From contig NC_087245.1 of assembly GCF_037042905.1 (NCBI RefSeq), positions 682,001 to 746,000 on the forward strand: a stretch of 64,000 nt of DNA. Reading direction: 5' to 3'. Origin of the DNA: Lytechinus pictus (lineage: Eukaryota). The notes below the pieces were generated by a model. It had not been told where the DNA came from. It was given only the letters and a program-made list of their open reading frames with translations, and did no database searches. Position 1 is the first letter of the stretch, and the number at the start of each line of letters is the position of its first letter. Positions 14,332-26,739 of this stretch are shown here, one piece after another. A program made the translations under genes and the position numbers.

Positions 14332-15945
14332 CAGCGGCGTAACAGGGGTCGGTGGCCAGGGGGGGGGGGGCAAGAGCCAAAAATTTCCCGGTCATATCAT
14401 GGTATGAACAGGCGTAATGGTGTAATGAGGCGACGATTTTGAGGGGGCCAGATATTGTGTATCGGGTAGAATTTATCTTTTAAAAAAAAGTTGCGAGCGA
14501 GCGAAGCGAGTGAGCAAAAATTTTGACATTTTTAAAAACAAAAATCCAATTTTTTGATAGATTTTGACATGATATCCAGAGAATCATATTTTACTCTTCT
14601 CTCTTTCCATTCCTTTTTTGTGGTCTGTACGCCATTGTGAACAGGATTCTTTGCGGCAGTAGCGTGAAGAGTATAAAAAAAAAACGAGGGGCGCAGTATG
14701 GCGCATGAGTTAAAAAGCTGTTTAATATAAGTCCCGAGCGAGCGAAGCGAGCGTGAAAAAAATCACCTTTTCATGAGAATCTAACTTTGAGATATTTTTG
14801 ACATTATATTCAGTAAATAAAATCATATCCTACACTTTTCCTTTGCTTTTCTTTCCTACTTTTTTTTGTCTTGGTTGTAGAACTTTTGGGGGCCATGACC
14901 CAACCCTTCCATACTCATATACGGCAGTGCTATTTCGTTGGGGTCCGGGGCGGAGCCCCCGGAACTTGATATCAAGCCATTTAAACCTCGTAGATTGCCG
15001 CTATTTTTAATCAAATCATGGGTATATACAAAATATAGCTTTTACACAACACATTTATTCAACCTAGTTGCGTAATGAACCAAACATTTTGAGAGGGCAA
15101 AACATAGCAATGTGGGAACATTTGTAAAAAGTCGCCAGCGTGCAAAGCGAGCTGGAAAAAAATTGCCTATTGAAATTAAATCCTAATTATGTGATAGATT
15201 TTTACATTATATTCAGCTAACAACACATTTTATATAATTTGTTTCCATTCAGTTCATTATACGTTGTCTCCTATAATTTATTCAATTTCCTCTTTGGTGT
15301 GGAACCAAGACCCTCCCCCCCCCCCCCCGCCTGTACGCCAGTGATTGAACGTAAAGGTTAATGTAGGAAGGGTCCCTACAGGGGGGCGTTGTAGAGCCAT
15401 TTGAAGGTTATAGATGAAGAGCCCCTACTGCGTGGGGTCTGGGGCAAAGCCCCGGTAGCTTATTTGCATAAAATTTAGTAAGTTTAGGCCCTATAGCACA
15501 ATGTTGTATGCAGTCCATCTTTCTTCCCGCTCTTTATTTTCAATCCTCGGCAGCCCGGTCGTGTTAATTTTTTTGTTCTTGTCCCTTTTCTTTTTTTTCC
15601 AATTTAGCTTTTGACTAATTCCATTCTACCTTTATTTCTCGCTATTATCTGCCATTTTGTCATCTTTTAATTTATTTCCCATCATGCTATTGCATTACAT
15701 AGGCCTATTTCGGAATGATTTGTTCTTTCTTAAATGTTCTTTTGTTCCTTTTTCCGCTTTCCTTCCTTTTCCATTAAAAAATAAATTTTCGACTTCTTTT
15801 CACTTTTCCCTTTCCTTTTCACACTTTCCTTCCCCTTTCCCTTTCTTTCTCCCTCTCTTTTCTTTTTCCCCGTTTTTTTATTTTCCCTGTGAAATCCGCC
15901 AGAAGGGGCAGCTTGCCCCCCTGCCCCCCGCCTGTTACGCCACTG
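14332..15945. mobile_element. composite hAT-type non-autonomous element inserted in an older CAGCACCCC-containing repeat
   Basis: Ends CAGCGGCGTAACAGG / CCTGTTACGCCACTG; 8-bp TSD TCTCCATA (14324-14331, 15946-15953); repeated GCGAGCGAAGCGAG motifs inside. Confidence 0.8.
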
Positions 15946-16333
15946 TCTCCATAAGCAGCACCCCAGGTATTCTGAAAGATGTGTAAAAATGTAACCAAAA
16001 TGACCTTCATTTTGCTTTTCAAATTTCTCGTTGCCAATTTGATCTCCATTTTGTAATAACACCCACTTTTTTTTTGCTTTTGAAATTTACATCACCGCCC
16101 CCAGTAAAAAAATTCAAATCGATATAGGTCCTACAGTTAAAGAAACATAAAATAAGTTATAAGGCTGATGACATAAATTGTTGGGATCGATATCATTGCA
16201 ATCGAAGCCTCTGCTCAATGTTTACATTGTGGTTCTTGTAATCTAGTATCTAAACGATACTTGCCAAAACTTGTAAATCCATATAGGCATATTCATCATT
16301 GATTATTTCTAAGGGTTCCCCTCAGAGTATTAA

Positions 16334-16928
16334 AGGGGAATCCAGCCTTGGCCATAAAATGTTATGTTGGGAAGGAGAAAAATAAATTAAACAGAAAGGT
16401 GAAAGTTTGAAAGAAATCGGACAAGCAATAAGAAAGTTATAGCTGTTTTAAAATTGAGATCACTAATACTATGTAGATTTCAAATTGGCAACTGGGGAAG
16501 TAAATTATGACAAGAGGCAAGGACAACTTTCCCATAGGCCATGTACTTTATAATCAGGGATTTGTGGTTTTCTCTTAAGTACCCATTCCCCTGGGGCAGT
16601 AATCTAAATATAACCCAGGTAGTATATTGTTTTATGTCCTCATGAAAGAAAAATATAATTAGAAATAAAACTTTCAGGAAAAATTACATTTTAGCCATAA
16701 TATGTATTGGAGTACATGAAAGAGTTGTCCTTGCCTAACATCACTATGACATCCCATATGCGGCCAATTTGAAGTCTCCATGGGTATAGTGATTACCAAT
16801 ATTTACAACTTTTAAAAATTCATAACTTTCTTGTTATTTGTCCGATATTGTTCAAACTTTCACCTATCAACTTGTCCGATTTTTCTTTTCCTTATAAAAA
16901 CAAGTTTTCATTTGGGTTGGATTCCCCT
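16334..16928. mobile_element. TTAA-flanked MITE (Kolobok-like AGGGG termini)
   Basis: TTAA|AGGGGAATCCAGCC...GGTTGGATTCCCCT|TTAA. Confidence 0.8.
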
Positions 16929-17216
16929 TTAAGTCATTTTGGTTATCCTTGGTGATTTTGCTAATATCTAATATTTATTCGTATTCATATTTTAATGAGA
17001 TAATGACAAATGTTTGTTTTCTAAACTATATAGGCCTACTGCCTATTATGGGCAATCATTCATGGTTGGTCTACGGGATGATCAATGCTTATTAAAAAAA
17101 TGAATGAATAATTAAAGATCACCCGGCATCCTCTCAATGGCGATCATGTGTTTATCATTTTAATACGTCACCGCAAACCGACTCATATTGAATCCCGGAT
17201 GAAATTTGGAAGGCTG

Positions 17217-17252
17217 TATATATAGTCGTATATTGAAGTTATGAATTCATTT
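17217..17252 (+). promoter_or_regulatory. candidate TATA box plus initiator for the acidic-protein gene
   Basis: TATATATAG at 17217 and Inr-like TCATTT about 30 nt downstream; an alternative splice acceptor (cctacag at 17274) cannot be excluded. Confidence 0.4.
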
Positions 17253-17282
17253 ATCTTGCCTGTCTTGCCTACAGAAACAACC

Positions 17283-17591
17283 ATGAAGTCCACTATGATT
17301 ATCATGATGTTGCTTGGCATTGCTTGTCTAGCAATAAACACAGTGATAGCTGACAGCGACGAATCGGACGAGTCCGTTGATGAAGTCGAGAGCGAATCTG
17401 CAGATGACAGCGATGATGACAGTGCTGCGGCTGCAGGAGTACGCAAACGACGAGATGATAGTGATGAATCCAGTGATACCGTCGATGAGGAGAGTGATTC
17501 CGTCAGTGATTCCGACAGCGATTCCGACAGTAGCGCAGAAGAAGATAATGAAGCAGCTGTTGTGGAAGAAGTGGTTGACATCATCGTTTAA
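17283..17591 (+). CDS. secreted highly acidic Asp/Ser/Glu-rich protein (102 aa) with signal peptide and RKRR convertase site
   Basis: Good start context ACAACCATGA; MKSTMIIMMLLGIACLAINTVIA signal-like N-terminus; mature part almost only D/E/S/A/V except a single RKRR; varied synonymous codons (not a microsatellite); AATAAA at 17904. Confidence 0.8.
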   Translation: MKSTMIIMMLLGIACLAINTVIADSDESDESVDEVESESADDSDDDSAAAAGVRKRRDDSDESSDTVDEESDSVSDSDSDSDSSAEEDNEAAVVEEVVDIIV

Positions 17592-18060
17592 TGAATACCA
17601 AGCAATCTTATCTTATAATTGGCATGTGACATGAAGATCAGTCTAATCTTATATCGAAATTGACATATATTGAAGATCAACTTATTATCAACAGCGCCTT
17701 TTAAATTTCTTCTTTTCCAAGCAAAGTTCAAATTCATGTCTATATTAGAAATGAACATACATTTGGAAAGACTTGAACTATAAGGGTCAATCAAAAATCT
17801 AAGCTACCCAAAGATGTGACCTGAGAATCATGATACCGTACGTGTAGTATTTGGAAGCAAAAAGGCCAATAGTACTAATATATCATTAGAGAACTGGTCG
17901 AAAAATAAATCAAAGAGAAATTACCACGATTGTGACGGAAAATAATGCAGAGTAAAATGTCATTTTTTGTTATCACCCATTGGTATATGCATTTAAGTAC
18001 ACTATCTGGTTAATACGTCGACTAGAGCAAGCGCTGTAGAATTTCAAGCACGATGTTTAA

Positions 18061-18566
18061 AGGGGAAGTTCGCCCGGACGACAAGTTTATTGTAAAAATA
18101 AAAAAAATATTAATAATAATAAATATTGCTGAAGGTTTGAGGAAAATCCATTGAGGATAGAGAAAGTTATTAGATTTGTTTTATTTATGACGTCATGATA
18201 TACGAGCAAGTGCCCTGTTTTAGTCTGTATAGGCTTAATAAGTGCATAACTTTCATTTTTTTGTATAATGGGTTCATGATGACAAAAAAAATATTCTTTC
18301 AGGGGCGGGAGTGAAATGAGCGGGAGGGAAATGATATACTAAATGTACAACAAAACCCTTTTTTTTTCTTCAGAAAATGACATTTGATTTTTTAAATTCA
18401 TGATTACATGGAAGCTGCTCGCATGCATGTGACGTCACAAATAAAAATAATAAAATTCTAATAATTTTTTTAATCTTTGGTGGATTTTCCTTAAACCTTC
18501 ACCAATGTCTTTAAAAAAAATATGCTATTTTTTACAATAAACTTTTTGTCAGGGTGAACTTCCCCT
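18061..18566. mobile_element. TTAA-flanked MITE (Kolobok-like)
   Basis: TTAA|AGGGGAAGTTCGCCCGGAC...GTCAGGGTGAACTTCCCCT|TTAA with long imperfect arms. Confidence 0.85.
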
Positions 18567-18580
18567 TTAAGCACGTCACT

Positions 18581-18909
18581 CACTAGCGTACCTACGGGGG
18601 GGGGCACTCTGCCCCCCCTGACGAGTCACAACCAATGCAAAAGACGTATCTTTGCCCCACCTGACGGGCTTGAAAAACCTTTTTTGCCCCCCCTGACGAG
18701 CTTGATGACCTTTATTGCCCCCCTGACGAGCTTGAAGACCTTTTTTTTTTTTTTTTTTTTTTTTTTTGCTTGTCAATTTTTTTCTGGTACGGAATCCTTT
18801 ATTTGTGATCGAAGACCTTTTTTTTTTTTTTTTTTTTTTTTTTGCTTGTCAAATTTTTGGCGGATGGTTTTGCCCCCCCCCCCTGTGGAAAATCCTAGGT
18901 ACGCCACTG
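18581..18909. mobile_element. hAT-type MITE
   Basis: CACTAGCGTACCTA...TAGGTACGCCACTG; 8-bp TSD ACGTCACT; internal GCCCCCCTGACGAGCTTGA subrepeats and poly-T runs. Confidence 0.85.
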
Positions 18910-19264
18910 ACGTCACTCTATAAAAACTATATTCAAACTTTTTCACAACTTTTAAAAACAACTTGTTTAAAGTTTAAGCAACCAGTTTAAAACGTTGAAC
19001 ACATTATAATATAGGTGTTATAGAAAGGCGGGTTTAAACAACGTTTTATTACCATGATTACGGTGAACGATGAGTCAACGGACATGACGGAGTCCGTAAA
19101 TACATCGTATATCTTTGCCTATATTGGGTCCTCGTAGCCTTTCTGACTAAATTGTTTAGAGTGAAGTTTGTTTTTGGAAGGTCAAAACTGAATAAAAATT
19201 AGTATGATATTACCAGAGATGATATCAATCATTACATGATGGGTGCAATATGGAGGCTGCATTC

Positions 19265-19625
19265 TAAGTAATGAAGAAATATACAGGAAGTGAGGGGGTA
19301 AAGAAAAGGAAGGGAAAGAGACTGTAAAGGAGAAGGAATATAGAAAGGAAGGAGAACAAAAGGGAAAAGGAGAAGAGAGTGAAAGGGAGAGAGGGAGGGA
19401 AGGGAAAGGGCGAGAAGGAAAAAAGGGAAAAAGAGGGAGGGAGAAAGGAAAGATGAGGGGACAAAAGAAAAAAGAATGAAAAGACCAAATGAGGAATGGA
19501 AGAGGAAAGGATCGAATGAAGAAAAAATGAAGGGAAAGGGAGAGAGGAAACAAAACAGGAAAGAGTAAAGGAGAAGGGAAAAAGGTGAAAGGAAGAAGCT
19601 TAGGGGAAACCTCAAGGAAAGGGGA
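19265..19625. repeat. low-complexity polypurine (GA-rich) tract
   Basis: About 360 bp almost exclusively G/A on the + strand. Confidence 0.85.
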
Positions 19626-19897
19626 GCAAACATATTTTCCCGTTCGTTATTTTTAATCCTCTGAAGCCCAGCCGTATACGTGTTCTTAAACCTTTTTTCT
19701 TTCTCCTTTACCTCAAAGATGCAATCCGTGTCACACACACATGTTCTTCTTTATTGGACCATGTTATTTGTAATAACGAACAAAAAATAAGTCAAAGTGG
19801 TGTTATTGATCTTGGTATAAGACTATAAGTGACCATTCTTTTACTTTCTGTACACGAAAGAAAATTAGGCTGGCTATAGGTGTTCACAGAACCACTG

Positions 19898-22478
19898 ATT
19901 TTAGATCGTTGAAAAATATAGCGAAGAATCTTTCAATCTGAAACTGTCTGCCGTTGATTGGTCAGATTTAACCCAATGCACTGACGTAAATAAGGCTTGG
20001 TCAGTTTTTCAAAATACTTTTATTTCAACGTTGAATATAATAGCGTCTCAAAAACGGATTAGAATTAAACAGAGATAAGAAAACTGAATGACTAAAGATA
20101 TTATTTCTCTTATTCGAGAAAGAAATGTGGCGTATAAAAAATGAAGAAAAATCTAAACGAAAAGATACAAGAAATATGGTTCAAAGAGAGGTGAAAAAGG
20201 CAAAATTAGAATACCTACAAAATAAAATAGAAGAAAATAAAAATGATTCTAAAAGACTTTGGCAGAATCTAAAAAGTTTGGGATTAAAAAAGAAAAATGG
20301 AAAGGACCAAGAATTCGTTTCAATTGACGGAGAATTGTGTCATGATAAGATAACTATTTCCAATGAATTCAATTCCTATTTTACAAATGTCGCAGCTACG
20401 TTGGTAGATAAACTTCCATCTTGCAAAGACATTTTCAGTGCAGACAGTGAGAACATTCGTGAATTTTATGAAAAAAAGGTATAAGCCAAGATAAATTTGA
20501 ATTATTACCTGCTAGTGATCAATTCATTTTTAATGAGTTGCGTAAATTAAATGTATCAAAAAAGCACTGGGATAGATTTGATACCTGCTGAATTTCTAAA
20601 AGTTTGTACAAACCATTAAATTTCTTGATAAATCTATCTATCTTTACTAGCACTTTCCCAGAGGATATGAAAATTGCAAAAGTAACTCCTATTCATAAGA
20701 AGAAAGTATTAAACTGCTGTTGAAAACTATAGACCTATCAGTGTTTTAAGCATAGTATCCAAAATTCTAGAAAAGGCGGTATGTGTTCAGATCGAAAAAT
20801 ATTTTAAAGAAAATGATATGATTTACGAATATCAGTCTGGTTTTCGACATGACTATTCGACTGAGACATGCCTTATTCACTTGACTGATTATCTGAGAAC
20901 TAATATTTCTAAGGGACAATTCGTTGGGATGGTACTCCTAGATCTTCAAAAAGCATTTGATACAGTTAATCATGGCATCTTATTGAAAAAATTACAAATA
21001 ATGGGTTTTAACCAGGCTACTGTAGGTTCAAATCCTACTTGTCGAATCGACATCAAGTAGTGGCTATTCGCGATATTCGTTCCAAAATTATGCCTATAAC
21101 GCGTGGAGTTCCACAGAGAAGTATTTTAGGCCCAATTCTATTTTCAACTTATATCAATGACATGTCTATTTGTAAAAAAGCTGACTGTAAATTATTATTG
21201 TATGCAGATGATAGCGTACTATACTTTGTTCAAATTCCAACCCAAAATTTGTCGATTGGATGACTGATAATAGATTATCGTTACACTTAGGCAAAACCGA
21301 GAGCATTCTGTTTTGTTCTAAAAGTAATTATAAAACTTCATTTGAATTTGAAGTATCATACAATAATAAGATAATTCAGAGGAAAGAATCTGTAAAGTAT
21401 TTAGGCATTGAGTTGACTAGCTCCCTTTCATTTTCATCTTTAGTAGAATCAATCGTAAAAAAGGCGAATGCCCGTTTAAAATTTCTGTACAGGTATCAAA
21501 GTTGTATGGATCAAAAAGCAAGGCGTATTCTCTGTTTTGCTCTTATTCAGAGTTTATTTGACTATGCTAACCCTGCTTGATTTAGTGGCATAAGCTAACT
21601 CGATAAAAAGAAGTTGAAAATTATACAGAATAAAATGGTTAGATTCATTAACTGTTCTGGTCCCAGAACCCATGTACACCGAACTCTCTGGAGCAGGTTT
21701 TCTTGAAGTCAACAAAAGATCAAAACAGCTTATTTTGCACCACGTGCATAAAATCTATCACAATAGATCGAATCATTACATTGGATCAAATCGAGTTACC
21801 GAATTACATAACTATAATACAAGAAACAGCCATTTCAATTTTTGCTTACCAGAAAGGGTGCAGTATTGGCAACTCCTTTTATTAAAGTGCTATTAAACAT
21901 TGGAATTCCCTTCCCAATGATACAAAGGAAATAGGAAACTTTTTGCATTTTAAGAGGAAATTGAAAGAATATCTTTCACTTGGGAGTCATAAAGAGAAGA
22001 TGCAAATGATATGTTGTACGGTTGATTTAGCCTGAATACTGACCACGTTCTTTTCTATTCTCTACCAAGTATCTCTTCCTTCTATTTTCCTCTTCGTGTT
22101 GTTATTGTTGTCGCCGTTTTTGTTGTTGTTCTTCTCCTTATTTATTATTTTTCTTCCTCATCCTTTTCTTCCTCCCCTATCTTCTTCTATTCCTCCTCCT
22201 CCTTCTCCTTCTTTTCTTCTTCTTCTTCGTTATATTCTTGTATATATTATCTATATATCTTATTTATTGGTAATAGTAAATTCTGATCTTTTTTCGTCAT
22301 TTTTTAATATGTGAATATATATAATTTTACCATTTTATTATCTTAATTCTGTATGTCGAGGACCCCACTGGAAATAAGCTCTCGAGCTTTCGTGGGTCAT
22401 CCTGTGCAAGCCTGTTGTTTTAATGCTACTGTATATATGTTAAGGTGACTTGCCAAATAAAATCAATCAATCAATCAA
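19898..22478 (+). mobile_element. 5'-truncated, decayed non-LTR retrotransposon (CR1/L2 group) ORF2 reverse transcriptase plus 3' UTR
   Basis: RT motifs across frameshifts: YRPIS, QSGFR..STET, LDLQKAFDTV, GVPQ.SILGP, YADD, KYLG; 3' hairpin at ~22358-22403; AATAAA followed by (ATCA)n tail ending 22478. Confidence 0.93.
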
Positions 22479-22479
22479 C

Positions 22480-22884
22480 CTTTTTCTTCATTTTCAAATT
22501 ACCCTTGCCTTAATGAAAAGCTCATTCCATTCTACCTTCATTTCCCGTTTCTTTTTGCCTCTCAAGTTCGCCCTTTCCCGCCATAAATTCCCGTTCCATA
22601 TTGCCATTTATTTATTTTTCCTTACTCCTCCAGTCACAATGGATGTTTTTTCATCGTTCTCCTTCCTTCGATCCCTCCCCCCTTTTTGTTTTGTTTTATC
22701 TTTCTCCTCCTTCCCAGTTCCCTTTACTTCTCCCTTTTCCTTCCTTTCCCCTCATTCGTCTTTTTCCGTTTCTTTCTTTCCTTCTGTCTGTCTTTCTTTC
22801 CTCCTGTCTTTCTTTCTTTCTTTCCTTCTTTCCTTCTTTTATTCTTTCTTTCTTTCTTTCTTTCATTCTTTCTTTCTTTCTTTC
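22480..22884. repeat. polypyrimidine tract ending in a (TTTC)n microsatellite
   Basis: Direct inspection. Confidence 0.85.
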
Positions 22885-23014
22885 AATTGGACCAAATTAT
22901 AGTAACAATGCGTAACCTCCTTCGGGTTTGTTTTTGTAGACTACGTTGCACGTGTTATTGTTTTGCCCACGTTGCAAGTTGCATCATCGCCAAATTCCAA
23001 TTCCAAGGCCAATA

Positions 23015-23120
23015 AACCAGCGCGCGGGTCGCGCCGGGCGCCAGTCCCGGACCGGACGGCCGCGCCAGGGACAGCTAGCTGGCGAGTGAAAAAAGATCGA
23101 GAGGCGGCGAGCAGCTGAGA
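23015..23120 (+). promoter_or_regulatory. GC/CpG-rich proximal promoter or 5' UTR start of the PYCR gene
   Basis: Abrupt GC/CpG-rich patch directly upstream of the first coding exon in an AT-rich background. Confidence 0.55.
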
Positions 23121-23188
23121 ACTTAATGCACCGACAGCATATTTTATGATTATTGTGCTTCTGAAGCTTTCTAAATCATCCTTTGAGT

Positions 23189-23264
23189 ATGTCGATCGGT
23201 ACGATAGGTTTTGTTGGGGCTGGAAATGTCGCGCTGACGCTCACAAAAGGTCTTCTTTCTGCAG
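23189..23264 (+). CDS. PYCR3: PYCR exon 1 (Rossmann nucleotide-binding motif)
   Basis: MSIGTIGFVGAGNVALTLTKGLLSA-G, donor gtaagt at 23265. Confidence 0.9.
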
Positions 23265-23372
23265 GTAAGTAGAATAGCTAGGGCGTACCGTATATCTTTA
23301 TCATATTTTTCAAAAGTGTATCAAGCCGTAGTCCCACACCTCGGCATACCGGTAAGGCGGTATGTGTAACGT

Positions 23373-24736
23373 TACCTCGAGCGAAGTTCGTGCAGGCTCC
23401 ACTCCACTTCACTACCGGTACACTACGCTTCACCTACCCGGGTAGACAGGAATAACCGTCGTTTCTGGGGATTTATTCAACAATTTCTGACATTTTACTG
23501 TAATCCCCATTTACCGACGGTAGGGTGTACGTGTGGGCTCGCATGTGTTCTCATTCCCTCCCTTTTGTCAATTCACAGTCCAAATGTAATTTTAAAACAT
23601 CGAATTTACAATCTAAGGATGTATAAACAACAAACTTTTAAAACGTGATATTTCAATGTTTAAATACTTTAAACGATATAGATGAAAAAGGCATGAAAAA
23701 TATACTTTACCGATGTTTAATTGGTTTGAACACGATAAAAATGGTCAAAATGGCAGCCCAACTATAAAATATTTACAAACGAACGTCAACAATCACGAAT
23801 GTGATATCGATATTGCTTTCGATATTATACGATCTGCTCCATATGCGAACGAAACCGAAGATAAACGATACTAGTTATACTAGTACTAGTACTAGTTATA
23901 ATCGCGATATATCGATTCGAGACATTAAGTTAATAACGATAATGACGTCATTCAAGATGGCAACTTGCAAGAAAAACCGTCAGGTCAGGTGAAAATGTCT
24001 TAGATGACAGATTTCTCAATCATCCAGAGGATTTTTTTCAATAACTCCGGCCCAAGGTATGCAATTACTTAAGTTATTTTTATAAAATAGCTGTATTATT
24101 TCAAGCATCGCGATTGGTCAATACGCGTCACATGACATCCAACTTTTTTTGTGCACTGCACGGTAGTGCAAAAGGTGTGCAACGAAAATTGACATTGCAC
24201 GCTCGTGCAAACCAGTGCGGTAAAGTCCAACAAAACTGTACTGTAACTTTTTAAAAAATTGTTTCTGTGTTGCTATTTTATAAAACAAATAATGCACTTG
24301 CTCTGTCGTGCGTAAAAGTAATTGCAGAGAAAGCTCGGTTTCTTCAGATGGAGCACACTGGGCACTCGCCGCAAGCGGCTCGTGCACAGTGCGACTCCTA
24401 TCTAAAGAAACCTCGCGTGCTCTGCATTTCCACTAACGCACTCGGCTGCATGCATTATTTGTATAATATTTCCCTGATAATGGAAACCATGAAACTTTCA
24501 ATTTTGCTTAAAAAACAGTTTTAAATCGCGATCTATAAAACGCTAGTTCACTATACGTTGGCTGTAGGTACGGGGCCCCATCCCCTTCAGTCTATGTATG
24601 GTGAGTGGAGCCAACGTAGTTCAGCGGAACAACCAAAATACAGAGACTGAAGCTTTTGGTCTACTACCCGGGTAGGTGGAGCGTAGTGTAGCGGTAGTGA
24701 AGTGGAGTGGAGCCTGCACGAACTTCGCTCGAGGTA
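23373..24736. mobile_element. non-autonomous DNA transposon with ~73-bp TIRs and 9-bp TSD
   Basis: TIR TACCTCGAGCGAAGTTCGTGCAGGCTCC...CCCGGGTAG mirrored at ~24664-24736; TSD GTGTAACGT at 23364-23372 and 24737-24745. Confidence 0.9.
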
Positions 24737-25931
24737 GTGTAACGTGAAACGTTGGTTAGGCCACTCTAGGCACCATGGCTATTAATTCCTGTGTTAAAAA
24801 AGTGAGTGCACGCGAATTAAAAGTTGGACTTAAAAATTACTAGATCTTACCATGGAGCTCCATGACGAAATCTATTTTTAAATTAGACTCTAGTAGATAT
24901 TACTAAATGGAAAAAAATGTATAAATAGTACTCGCCTGGTCTTTTCTTGGGGTATTGAAGCCTTTTTGTCCAGAACTTGCTCAACTTTTGCGGCAAATTT
25001 TGTCGCCATAGGGTTGTGTACATTCTCGTTTAATACTGGTTGTCACGTGACATGGCAATGTCGTTAGGCTGTTTGGCCTGTATTCAAGGCGTTCTATCCG
25101 TTATGATTTTATATTGAATGAAGCAAATTACATCAGGTATAGGCCCCTATCAAGTCAAAATCGATACAGGGATCGAGAGGGGGGGGGGGTGGAGCCAAAA
25201 ATTTCCCAGTCACATGGTATGAAAATGATATTTTTTATGATTGTCCACGATCATTAGGGCAAACCTGTGTGTGGCAGTAGCGTGATGAGTAAAAAAAAAT
25301 AAAATAAAAGAAAGAAAGAGGGCCAATGTAGGCCTACATGGCGCGTGGGAATAAAGTTGCTTTATATGTTCCAAGCGAGTGAAGCAAGCGAGAAAAAACC
25401 TTTTCGTGCAAATCTAAATTTGAGATAGATATCTTAACGTACACTTTTCATTTTCTTTTCATTAATTCCCTTCATTTCTTTTTTATCTTGGTTGTAGAAC
25501 TTTCGGGGGCCCCTTGGCCTAACCCTTCCATCTTGTACCCCCAGTGCAATATCAGCAGGTGGGTCTCGATAACTCTGGATATTTAGCAATTAGACCTATT
25601 TATAGAAAAACATACGTTAATGTTTTGACCCCTTCCCCCCCAAAAAAGGAAAAACAATTATAAACTAAATTATATACACCCCCCTTTTCTCATTTCGCTT
25701 TTTATTTTCTCTTTTCCCTCCTTATTTTTTTTTGGGGGGAGGGACCTTTTCGGGGGGCACCGCCCCTAGCTACGCGCCTACCAGATGAAGAGGCGAGCGA
25801 GCAAAACCTTTGTCACTTTTATTACAAATATCAATTTTGCGATAGATTTTTACATAACATTTGGAATTATTCTCGCATGGATTTTTCTTTCCTTTTGCTT
25901 TTTTATGGCCTTTTATTTCTCTTCCCTTTCC

Positions 25932-26106
<175 letters not shown>

Positions 26107-26739
26107 TTCCTTCTTTCATTCCTTTTCTCTTATCCCGTTTTTTTTGGGTGAAATCCACTGGACCGGGGATCAAGGGCCAGCCTGCATGCCCCCTGCGGTT
26201 TACGCCTCTGCCGTGGATGTAAGCTATATATATACGCATGATCTTAATCTTCATTATGATTCAAACTATATAGAGGCGCATCCAAGATTTTCCAAATTAA
26301 GTAGGGGGGGGGGGCCGGGTGAATTTTCTCAAGTAAAATTTGACAACTCCCAAAAAAGGTTCTTACTAAAAAAAAAAAACCGGTCATTATATTGTCTCGC
26401 GTAAAGTTTGACTAGTACAAAAAAAATGGTCACTCAAAATGAAAGTCATTTTGTCCGCGTAATATTCGGCAAGCCCCCCCCCCCCACAAAAATAAGAAAA
26501 GGGAAAGTCATTTTGTCCACGTGATATTTGGCAACCCCCCCCCCAAAAAAAAAAAAAGGTTTTAACTATAGCAATGATCAAAGGTAATTTTGTCTCGCGT
26601 AAAATTTGACAAATGAAAAAAAAGATTGTCACTAAAAAAATGAAGGTAATTTTTTCCCACGTAAAATATGGCAAGCCCCCCCCCAAAAAAAAAACGGAAA
26701 ATGGTGTTTAACTAATAGTGATCGAAGGTCTTTTTGTCC

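Noticed and set aside
17183..17584. 133-aa Ser-rich minus-strand ORF
   Set aside because: Antisense shadow of the acidic secreted-protein ORF, which has the signal peptide, start context and poly(A) signal
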